A stretch of 64,000 nucleotides of DNA from Seison nebaliae (lineage: Eukaryota): assembly GCA_023231475.1 (NCBI GenBank), contig JALJEE010000252.1:1-64000 (forward strand), read 5' to 3'. The notes beneath the pieces were generated by a model, which was given only the letters and a program-made list of their open reading frames with translations, was not told where the DNA came from and made no database searches. This document shows, piece after piece, positions 1 to 13,903 of the stretch. Every line of letters starts with the position of its first letter. The stretch's first letter is position 1. The position numbers and the translations under genes are program-made.

Positions 1-84
1 TGAAATTAATTTTTTTAATAAAATTTTTTTCAACCTACAATCTCCTTCCTACAATCATGACCATCAGTAGTTATGTGGTATGTT

Positions 85-1025
85 TAGGACTATTTTATGA
101 CATGCAAAGTGTCCGATTACTTTAAGTTTTTACTGAATATACGTTGTCTGATCACTTTCCAATTTCATTAGAAATTAGAATTGACGATTGTTAGTATGTC
201 TCACTAACTCTACAAAAGACCTCGATCTATTGCTAAATGTAGTGAAAAGGAAATTAGAAACATGTGGGATCGAATATTATAATGGGAAATGATAGTTGTT
301 AAACAACAATGTTATCAGCGGAAGGTATTATCGTCTGAGATCTATGTGTTGCAGTGAGACTATCTTTATTGGCTGTTTGATGGATAAAAGGAAACGAAGT
401 TCCTCCTTTGTCGATAACATTCGGCGTCGATTCATAAGAAGCTTCTACTCTTTCCATCATAAATATAAATTTTTTCCATTGAAATTGAAGATAAAACTCT
501 TCGTCACCTTCTGTTGTGGATTCTATGGACATCAAGCGTCTCTTAGTATCTCTAATAAGTCCATGGACTCCCTGTATAAGGCATATAATCGGTGCATTCG
601 GATCTTACTAGGCCGCCCTAGACCGCTTTGCAGGGCCTTAATGTTTTCATTGTGGAACTATGACCTTTTCCGCTTATCATGCTTGAACGATATCTCTCGC
701 AGTCGGAAAACATAATAACTTCTCTGTTTCCCTTCACGGAATTCTCGCTATGTGAAAAATTTAACACTCCTCTCCGTTATTTTTGCCGCTATAATATAAT
801 ATAATATATCGTACGCATCATCTCTTTCTGATGTTAGGGGTATGCTATACAACTTCAAGTTGGAGGAGTACATACCGACTGTTCTCCTCTCTAATATTTC
901 ACTTGTCTGTGAGTTAATCAGCAATACTAATTTTGCAGCAGCACAAAAATATTTAGATTTAGTTAAGCTATTATTATTCTTTTTTTATAATTATCCCGAC
1001 GGAAATTCTAATTAATAATAATAAA
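85..1025 (+). mobile_element. Degenerate, internally deleted non-LTR retrotransposon (LINE, CR1/L2-like) remnant
   Basis: The APE endonuclease C-terminal motif is readable as ..DYF..(frameshift)..SDHFPISL at about 87-170. It runs straight into RT C-terminal motifs (DD..LTNSTKDLDLLLNVVKRKLETCGIEYYNGK) and the post-RT signature KLFVTFCCGFYG..LYKAYNRCIRILLG (ORF 296-715). Stops and frameshifts are present, and there is a short (TAA)n tail near 1013-1024. Confidence 0.7.
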
Positions 1026-1930
1026 TATTCAAAACGCGCACATTAAAATTAAAATTTTCTTTTCATTATTTTCAATAAACTTCTCATTAATTAATTCTGA
1101 AGTGACGGAACAAGAGTTAATAATAGTTAATAGGAACCGTAAGCGCCCTGCAGAGAAAAATGATTCATCTCCTCCGAAAACAACCAAAAATGGAATTGAC
1201 AGAAACAAGGAAAGGAAGAATAGAAGACATTTCCCATAATTATCTTCAACTTTCTGTTATCTGTTTACGTATTTCGGTTTCAGCAAAAATTTATTAAGCA
1301 AATTTATTAATTGTTATCAATTAAAAGAGTAATAACCCCTCAGATATTAACATCTTTCAGTTCTTAATTCTAAATTAAATAATTTTGAACGAAAATTATA
1401 AGACAAAAACAACATCACTATAAAACAAAATTAAAGTACTATTTATTTTATCGGTTCAATGATTAATTGGTAATGTTTACATATTTTATATTCTATATGA
1501 AATTAATCATTCACACCTGAGGTGTGACACCTCATAAACTGTTAACCCAGGTCATCTTGAATCAATATTATGAAAACAACATTTTAGTCATGACAATTAA
1601 AGCTTCTGACTGATTGCACTGTTAACCAATAGGAATGACATAAAAAAGAAATCGAAGAAATCAAGGAAAAAATATTTTTATTTTCATAACATATCGATTT
1701 CATATCATAATTGAACGAAATAAATGAAATAGAATTTTGAGAAGATAAATTCCAAAACTACTTCCATATAAATTGTTCATACTTTATATTGTTCCTTATA
1801 AATTTTATTTTCGACGAGAAGAGAATGAATAATAAGAGAAATTCGAAATTTAAGGCAAATTGAATTAATTCATTTTTTCATTTATCAATTTCTAGATATT
1901 TCGTGTTTATCAAGTGAAACTCTAATTGGA

Positions 1931-3540
1931 ATGGATCTTTTCAGTTTACTAGATAACCGAGATAGTGTAGCTGCTAATATTAATGGATTGGCAAAAAATT
2001 CATTCACTTACAAAACTTTAGTATATCGCATCCCCCGAATATTGGCGAGTTGTGTCGATACGTTGTGTAAAATCCGAGATGTTTATGAAGAACGATATGA
2101 AGGACAGTATAAACGTGTAATGAATGCAATCGGTGAAATTTCAAAATTCCGTCATGAAATAGCTACTAATAAATCAATGATTCCATTAGATGATGATATG
2201 AAAGATGTGATCAGTTGGAATCAGTTTTTCAATGCTATGAGAAAAATTGGAGGTTAATTTCGAATAAAAAATTTTAAAATTTTTACCTTCTTCCAGGAGA
2301 AGTTAATTTAGAATGGAATTATTTTTCGGCTCCATTCATTTTTGTTGAATGTTATATTTATCGTCGTCTTAACAGCATTATTTGGAAGGAAACACATCAT
2401 AACGATTATCCGACCATTGATATTTTCATGGAACATAAATTAGATGGATGGAATGATTCTTTATCACAAATGTCTTCATATTGCGAGGAATATTTGATGA
2501 AATTATTGGAAGGAGATGTCGATTATGAAACTTTAAAGAAATTGATCGACATGCAACTGTTTGGTAATTTTGCTGATCAATCGTTTTATAAAAGTCAACA
2601 AACTGGAATTAGTATAGGAAATAAGAAGGATAGAAATGAATTAATTCTCAATGATAATTCAGATGCTTTAGTCCAATATCTTCTAAAACAATTACCATCA
2701 ACGAACGGTAAGAAAACGAAACAATTCCAAATTCATTTAATTTTAGATAATTGTGGATTGGAATTATTTCTCGATCTTGTCTTTTGTGATTATATTCTTC
2801 AGAAATTCCCAAATTCATCAATCACTTTACATTGTAAGGAATTGCCCTGGTTTGTGAGTGATGTAATGGTGAAAGATATAAATTTCCTTTTCTACTTATT
2901 CCAATTAACGGAACATTTGAATGAAGACGAAATTAAAAATGCGAAAACACAATTTAATATAATGAATCGTTCGCATGAGAAGTTTGATAATTTAGATAAG
3001 AAATGTTCGAAAGAAATTGAAATGGGAAGACATTGTATCTTCCATTCATTCGATGTGGAAATGTTTCGGAATATTCGGACAGTTCTCAACCGGATATCTC
3101 AACAATTTATCAATAAACGAATAAAATCCACTTCTCATTCATTCTGGACTTCAGCTAATCCAATTTATCGTATGAAATTTGAAAATGTCGATCTCATCAA
3201 ATCATTCGGTAATACAGATATGTTACTTATATTTAAAGGTGATCTCAATTATCGAAAATTAGTCAGTGATCTCGATTGGCTAAATGGAGAATTACCGTCT
3301 TTCAGTTCTGTAACAGATTTCTTAGTAAATTCGATAAAAGAAATCCATCCGAATACTCAAGTCAATCTCGCCACTATTCGCGTGTGTAAAATGGATACGA
3401 TTGTGGGTAATTTAACTGAAGAACAGAAACGTTTACTTTATTATGACGAAGAAGGAAAAGAAAGAAATGAAGAACAATTCATTGAAACAGCTAAAGAGAA
3501 AACTTCATCAGGGAAATTTGGTTTGATACAATTTCGATGA
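1931..3540 (+). CDS. ARMT1: Damage-control phosphatase ARMT1 / DUF89 family protein, 2 exons (1931-2252, 2297-3540)
   Basis: Motifs SFTYKTLVYRIPRIL, APFIFVECYIYRRL, LFGNFAD, ILDNCGLELFLD, KELPWFVSDV, FKGDLNYRKL, GKFGLIQF. A 44-nt GTT..CAG intron restores the frame. Confidence 0.9.
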
Positions 3541-3667
3541 TAATCAGTTGTTTTTTCAAGTTTTATTATTATTATTATTATTTTTATGGAAATGAATTTA
3601 TGAGAGAAAATAAAAAGTTTATAACGAATTCAAAGTTTCAATGTTTTTCCATGAAAAATATTTTTTC

Positions 3668-5838
<2,171 letters not shown>

Positions 5839-5858
5839 AATTTTTTAATTCGGATGGC

Positions 5859-5875
5859 GAGAGAGAGAGAGAGAG
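5859..5875. repeat. (GA)n microsatellite just upstream of the HSP70 start codon
   Basis: Directly visible gagagagagagagagag. Confidence 0.85.
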
Positions 5876-6601
5876 TCTGTGGCTCTAACTGAATTTTATG
5901 TTTGTTGATCAATTGTGATTGTTAAATCGATGTGATCTATAGGAATAAATGCAAATGACCAAAATGAAATGAAATGAAGCGTGACACTTACACAAATAGA
6001 AAGAGAGATGTTAAGACGTTAATCGAATAAAGAATTGCGCAAAGAATGACTATCTTGTATGTTATCTAATGACGAATGTAAATTGCTAATGTAAATTTCC
6101 CATTATCATAAATTCGATATATACACACCATCTTTTATTTCCACATTTCAATATCGAAATTTATTTAATCTATAACTGACTGATCCAGTCATCAATGGAG
6201 AGAAAAGTCGAATAGACAATATCTCCAAAGTTTTCTTCTTATCGTCGCGTTAATTTTCGAAGTATTTCCGTCGTTTATCGACACAATCCATTTTCACTTA
6301 TGAATTCACCAATCCATTTATTTTATATCGCTTACTAAATTATTAATCATTCTCATTAGATCATTTTATTGGAAAAGAAAAAAGAAAGTTGGAAAAGTTC
6401 ATTTTCATTTTCAAAATGGAAAAGAAGAAAAATCAATGAAGTTATTTATAACTCATAAGAAAATGACGGAGGAAGACTAGTAGAAAACTTTTTCGTTCTT
6501 ATTGAAATACGAATTTGTTAAGAAATAAGTGATTGGATTAGTTTGTCGTTTAATAAGATTTCACTTCGAATTTATATACATTTCTTCTGCTCTTCATCTC
6601 T

Positions 6602-9600
6602 TCAACGAAATGGAACATCACCACGACCTCTATATCGTCCTGTCAAATGAATTAGTTTTAAAATGAATTCATTTTATGGGAATATTAAACCAATTTGTGA
6701 ATTGATTAATAGTTGACAATATCGACCGGTATAACCGATAGGACAAGAGCACTTACCATCAAATCGATCACATATTCTTCGTACGCCACATTTGCATTGA
6801 TGACGACAATCATGTCCATATTCATCGTGAGAACATTCTATTATAATTAGAAATGAAATAATTGAGATAGAGAAATATGTTCAAACTTTTATCACATTTT
6901 TCACCTTTGTATCCTTTCGGACATTCGCATTTTCCGGAAATATGATGACAACGAAATTCTTTCATTTCTAATGATAATTCATTCAATTTGCTCATTCTCT
7001 TCGACCAAGTATACGGAGAATAATTTACACCGATCTTCTCTTCTAATGCTTTCTCATAATATATACGACAATGGGACGAACAATCTTTCTGGCAATCCTT
7101 TCCCCATTTTCCTTCGACGCATTTCTTTTCACAATGCATTCCCACATAACCGTCGGCACAAACACAAATTCCTGTACCTGCATCACATTTCCTCGTATGA
7201 TTCAATGAACATTGACATTGTTTCTGACAATAATCGCCATACCATCCAGTAGGACATCCTGAAAATTAAATGAATGGATAATTAGAATATTTACTTTCAA
7301 ATTCGTCCATCGAAACGAAAAGTTTCTAATAAAAAATTGTTAATAACTAAATAATTCAGCAACATACAAGAAAGTGAGTCGAAAACGATTAAATTTGCTA
7401 ATCATCAAACTACTGAAAAAAGAAAAGAAGAAAAATAGGCCAGAATAAACGCACCAAATTGACATTTCGGACCATAATATCCGGGTGCACATACACAACA
7501 ACCATGAACCGGATTACACGATTTCATATGTTTACCACAATTACACTTCTGTTCGCAATTCTTGCCAAAATATCCAAATTGACAATCTTGATTAGATCAA
7601 AAGAAAAAACATTAAAAGAACCTATTTTTAAAATGAACTTAGGGAACAATCACTGCCATAAAATCCATTTTTACATTCGCATTTACCACTGATACTATCA
7701 CACACCTTTGAATTTGTTCCATTTAATGAACATCCACATTTCTTATCACAATCCTTGCCATATAATCCATTTGGACATCCTGAAAATTATATACAATATG
7801 AAAATTTGTCGAATGAAATAATTAAAAAATGAACTTTTTTCACAATTACTCCCAAAATAGCCTGGACGACATTCACATTTACCATTATTCCTATTACATT
7901 CAATGGTATTATTGATGGCACATTTACATCGTTTGACACAGTCGATTCCATAAGTGAATTGAGGACATTTCTTCTCACAACGTTTTCCATAGAAACCGGA
8001 TGCACAATTACATTGACCATTTTCTATTCGACATGAAATAAAATTTCCATTAAAATCTTTCGCTGTTCCATTCTTATTACAATCGCATTTATTCATACAA
8101 TTATGTCCCCAATAAGTTTTCATACATTCTATAATAATAAATTAGAATAGACGACTTAAATTGAGAAATATTAAATTGAACTTTTTTCACATCGTTTTCC
8201 CCAATAACCACTACCGCATTTACATGCTGATGTTATAGCATCGCACATTGAAGCATTCATTCCAACAGTTTTCAACGTTCCAATATCAGAACAATCACAA
8301 GTCTCTTTACAGTTGACACCCCAAGTACCAATCGGACAGATTTTCTCGCAATATTTCCCAGTAAATCCAGACATACAATAACATTTCCCATTCGTTGTAT
8401 CACATTTTGCACCGAATTTGCATCTACATTTGGATAGACACCCTCTTCCATAAGTACCTTCCTTACAAGGTAAATCACAACGTGAGCCTCTCCATCCGCG
8501 AGAACAAGCTACACAATTTCCGCTTATTCTATTGCACGATCTTGATCGATTATTACAATCGCATCTTTTCTTACAATTCTCTCCCCATTTGCCGAGAGGA
8601 CATTGTTTCTCACATCGAATTCCATATAATCCAGCCGGACATTTACATTCTCCACTTACCGAATTGCAGTCATAGGCTCCACAATTACACCGTCTCCGAC
8701 AATTCAATCCATAATGTCCGAAAGAACATACTGAAATATAAAAGGAAAATATGATTAGTCGAAGATTCGTTAAATTTCTCTAAAAATAATCGGAATTAAA
8801 TATGGAATTGAAGCTGGCAAAGAGAAGCGATAAAAAGAAGCTCGTGAAGGAAATATGCGAAATAGATAGAAAATTTGTTCTTACTTAAATGATCTTCATT
8901 CAATGAATATAAATTTAGTTTTCTTATTATTATTAAATAAGAATTAGAATAAGAAGAACTATTTAGAAAAATCAACCTAATTTCTTCTTCGATCTCATTT
9001 TAGTACTCAACATTCGTTGTCGTCTTAATTGTTGACATCGTCCATTTAAACGATTACAACTAATACGACATTGGAACGGACACTTATTACGACAATGAGT
9101 TCCCCAACGTCCCGCTTTACACTGTGAAGAACAAGTTAGACCAGTAAAACCAGATTTGCATAAGCATCGTCCATTCTATTAGGAATTTAAAAAATAAAAA
9201 AAATTGAAGAAGATAATTTTAAAAAAAATATATATTAAACTCTTGAATCGCAACCTAATGAATTACGCTTGTTACATGTACAAGCATATAAACAATTAGA
9301 TCCGAAATATCCTTTCGGACATGCTTTGTCACATTGGAGACCCCATGTCCCAAGATTGCATTGACAAAAACCGAATAGTCGATCACATCGAACACCTGAT
9401 GGACAATTACATTTCTTCTCACATTTATTTCCAAAGAACCCTTTTTAAATTAAAGAATATTGATAGGATGAATGAAAGAAAAACCTTTTTGGCATCCATC
9501 TTCGCACATCTCTCCATAAATACCAGGTGGACATATACAACGACCGGTCACTTTGTCGCATATGCCATCATTGAGACAATTGCATTCATATTGACACATA

Positions 9601-11745
9601 TTTCCGTAATGATGATCGTCGCATTCTTCTATTGTTGGTTGAATAGAATTATTAAGAAAAAAAGAAGAAATCATTCGAAACTTTCTGTCGAATTTTTGCG
9701 TAAAGAAAAGTTTGGTGAATGGCTTCTTTTGCCATGAGACTTTTCATTCTTTTTCCATGCCAATGTTATTGCTTTTAGAAGAGTTTTTCGAGAATAATGG
9801 ATGAGAATATTTTCTACTAAAAATACTAACGAAGACATTTCTTCTTTCTTGACGAATATTCGAATCCCGGTCGACATAAACATTCGAAGGAACCGATTCG
9901 ATTGATACAATAGCCATCACAAACATTCATTTCCTCGCATTCATTTATATCTGTCAAATATTACATGACAAATAATTCATTCGAATATCTATCTAACCAA
10001 TGCATCGATGTTTATTCTCCTCGTCTATTCGAAATCCATTATCACATGAACAGGAATAGGAACCGATTGTATTCTTACAATGATGTTCACATACTTTCTT
10101 ATCGCACTCATTTATATCTTTGTGAAGATTTGTAAATTTCTAATTCAATAATCATCAACTAACCAATACAATTACTTGAATTATGCGTATCTGTCTCATA
10201 TCCACTACGACAATAACATTCAACACTTCTACTTTTCGATCTCTTATTCAACTTCTCCCGACATAATTGTTGGCATTCACCATTGTTGAAGGAACATGTT
10301 CGATCAGCTTCTAATATTTGTCAATTTTTTTTTAATAAATTACAGTAACAAATAAAAGAAAACAATAATAATTTGTTAGATACTAATAGATTAATCTACA
10401 AGAAGAATTCTATCAATGAACATGGTTAGTTGACAGCTGCGAATGGCCATTAGTAATAAGGAAAGATGACATAATTGTTGAAATGAGAAAATTTCCAATC
10501 TAACTTCTACAGGTTTTCTGATCATCATTTAACATCATTCCTAAAGGACATGAACATAATATTTTCCAATCTTCATTAGGATTAGTATCTTCCATTGCAC
10601 ATTTATGGGAACATCCTCCATTGTTCAATAAGCAAGGAGATTCATTCACTAAAATATGAAATTGATAATTTTCAAGAGTAACTGCTATTCAATTAAACTT
10701 CTATGACATTGATATCCATTGGCATCCAATTGAAATGATTCTCGACATTCACATCGATAAGAGCCACGTGCATTCAAACAATAATGTTCACATTTATCCT
10801 CACCTCTCGCACATTCGTCGATATCTGACAAAAACTATATGAATTTCTTATAATTCAAAATATTTAACCATCACAACTTCGACCATTTTTATTCAATTGA
10901 TATCCGTCATGACACAAACAGGTAAATGATCCGTAAGTATTAACACATTCTTGATCACAATTATGATTCTTCTCCAAACATTCATCAACATCTTTGGAAG
11001 AATTTATTTTATTTCCGTAACAATCTAATATTTCCTAACCAATTTCACAGCGTTTACCTCGAAATTGTGGTCGACATTGACAAATGGTGGTGGCATTATT
11101 CAAACAACTACCACCGTTCAAACATGTATCACTATGACACTTATCTTCATGAACATACAGGAGATATAATGATACAAATAATATTTCAAAAAAAAACAAA
11201 CATTTCGTACATCCAATTTTATTCGGTTCTTGTTCCCATCCGTCACAACAACGATATTTATCTACCAATTGTTCTTTCTCTACAATCTTTATCGCTTTAT
11301 AATACACAGTTCTATTCAAATTGATAATCGTTCTATAAAAATTATGTGATAAAATTAAATATTTAACTTAGGTTCATTTTTTAGACACCATTTCTTTCCA
11401 TCTAAACAATTTGTTTTCCAAACTTTTTGCATAACTTTCTTCGATTTGACACATGGCTTTTCATATGTTTTCGTAATCTTCTCTTGGTAAATACAAACGT
11501 TTGGACTAATGAAGAAATGGGGAGAAATATGATAATGAGGAGAAAATTGTATTAAACTCATTCCGCTGCAACGACAAATAACCGACATTTGTTCCGTGGT
11601 CGCTGGTTAGTACGTTGATTCGATAATGATTCCGTTTTTGTAGTTTATTTCTCCGTCGATGTTTAAACAAACGATCATAATGTCCATTGACGAGGAATAT
11701 AAGAGAAGAAGAGAATAGGAGAATCCTCTTGAAGGAAAGAAACAT
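6602..11745 (-). CDS. MEGF6: Multiple EGF-like domains protein 6 (signal peptide, EMI domain, Ca-binding EGFs, laminin-type EGFs), about 21 exons
   Basis: Hydrophobic N-terminus, then an EMI domain ([33 protein letters not shown]) matching the MEGF6 layout. DVDEC/DIDEC/DINEC cbEGF repeats are followed by many CxxGxxGxxC repeats. Twenty GT-AG introns join in frame to a stop at 6602-6604. No transmembrane segment seen. Confidence 0.85.
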
Positions 11746-13881
11746 TCCAAAGATTTTTTAAGAAAAAAGTAAATTTTTTGGAGAATTCTGAATAATCTTC
11801 TTGGGAAGAGTAATAATAAGTAGAAGAATAGAAACAGGTAAATGGAATGATATAGAAGCGAAGACGGAAGGGAAATATTCACTATATCAGGAAGACGACA
11901 ACCGATTCCATGAACTCATTATCAATCAACCGAAAATAAATGGAAAAAGTAGAATAATAATTTTGAAAATTAATGAAATTTATTCGAAGAATCCTTGATG
12001 AAATGAGTTCCGATAAGACAGAAAATAAATTCTTCAAATCTTTCCATTTAGTGGAAATTTACATATTCCTCCATGTTCATCATGACATCGATTAAGAGTC
12101 TAGAACAAATAATCGAATGGTCCAATCGACATTATCAAATGACCTAAAAATTCACTTCACATCTGAATACTTTCCAAATTCTTCAAACAAAACTAAACAA
12201 GAAGAAGAGAAGTAAACGAGAATGTTCTCCGAGAAATAAACATCTGATTCACAACAACATATTATGTAAACTTGTTGACATATAAGATGAGAACGATTTG
12301 TCCATATGCAGATGGTTGACAAGCTCAACTGAAAGGAAATCGACCGGATAAATCAGACAAAGCAAAAAACTTTAAATGACATAATCTGTCGATGATGACA
12401 ATGAATTGAAAGTATATCACTCAATTGGTCATTTGATGAGTAATTGACGACGATTATTTTCTACTCCTCTTACTCCTCCTCAACAAAAATCTAGTCTAAA
12501 TTTTATTCAAACAATTTAATTAAATAACATCTACCAAAAATTCGATTATCGACTGTACTGTGGAAATCTCATCTTTCTTTCTTCTTTTAATCTGAAAATT
12601 TTTAAAGAAAAAAATGAAACTACTAGTTAGAGGAGAAAGTCGTTCGTTCTTTCGTAATAATTTAGAGAGTATTGTTTTAGGTATTCGAAGAGTTTGTATC
12701 GAAATGTGATTTGATTAAATTTAAATCAGGTGAGATTATCTAACTGACTAATTGGAAAGGTAAAATAAATGTCATTAAGAAATGTTTTCTTCTACTTCGA
12801 TTTGTTCATAATTCTATTGTTCTATTCTTTTCGGTTAGTCTCATAAATATATTTGTCCTAATGCATCTCGACCTCAATTCAAGCAGAAACTTCAATTTCA
12901 CCTAGTATGCGTCTTCGGAATTCTTGTCATTGTTTCGAGGTACGTGATGTCGCTCGTGTTGAGATTGAGAAAAAAGACAAACTTGTAAACTTTTGAGAGA
13001 AGAATTCGTCTCAAACTGTTTTCTTCTTCATTAACTACCGTCAGTTGTGAGGGTGGCAACTTGAATGGATTGAACAAAAGAAGAATTTCATTTTCTTCTA
13101 AAAAATAATGTCAATATCATCAATATCTTCAATCACTCATTCGCTATTGTTATTTGAACGATAGAGGCGATGAAGAAAAGAAGATCAGTTTAACTCCTTC
13201 TAACTTCTCGTCGATTATTGTTGAAGAACGAACTATTAGTCTTATATCTTCAAGATCCCATTTAAATACACTCATCCGAAATCAATTCAATTGATTTCAA
13301 CTACCTACTAGATGGTACTAACAAATAACGATAGTCTGATGATGACTAAAGTGAATTGTATATAGTCATTGTACGAATAAGAATAAATTTATAGAAAACT
13401 AATTGAACGAACTTCATTAATACGAGAGAGAATTTTTTTAATCAATATTTATTCCACTTACCATCACCAGAATGATGATAATTGGAAGATTAATATTTTC
13501 AATGAAAATTATGGAACTTAATATTAAATGGGGGAAGATAATGAGGGAAGAAATTTCTCGTTTGAAATGAATATTGTCGATAACTCTTAACGATTTGTTA
13601 ACGAGAACTTTTTCTTTATCGATATCTTATCTTGAAGAATTAATGAAATTTCCTCATTTCCCTCTGAAATTTAGATGAGGTATCGAATGAAACTTCCTTT
13701 GTGATTTGTCGAACTTCATTAAATAGTTGACGTGTTCAGAAGAATATTAAATTTATTTGATGAATGAATTGAATTAAAATCTTGCTAAATGAAAATTAGA
13801 AGAATGACACGAAATAAATAGAGTTCTCACTAATAAAAAATTTTGGTAGTAGAACATCGATATTGATAATAAATAAAGGAA

Positions 13882-13903
13882 CAATCAATCAATCAATCAA
13901 TCA
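13882..13903. repeat. (CAAT)n microsatellite immediately 3' of the WSB stop
   Basis: Directly visible caatcaatcaatcaatcaatca. Confidence 0.85.

Noticed and set aside
1825..1895. Possible upstream ARMT1 coding exon joined by a GC-AG intron
   Set aside because: The splice phase does not match the ARMT1 frame; at most a 5' UTR intron.
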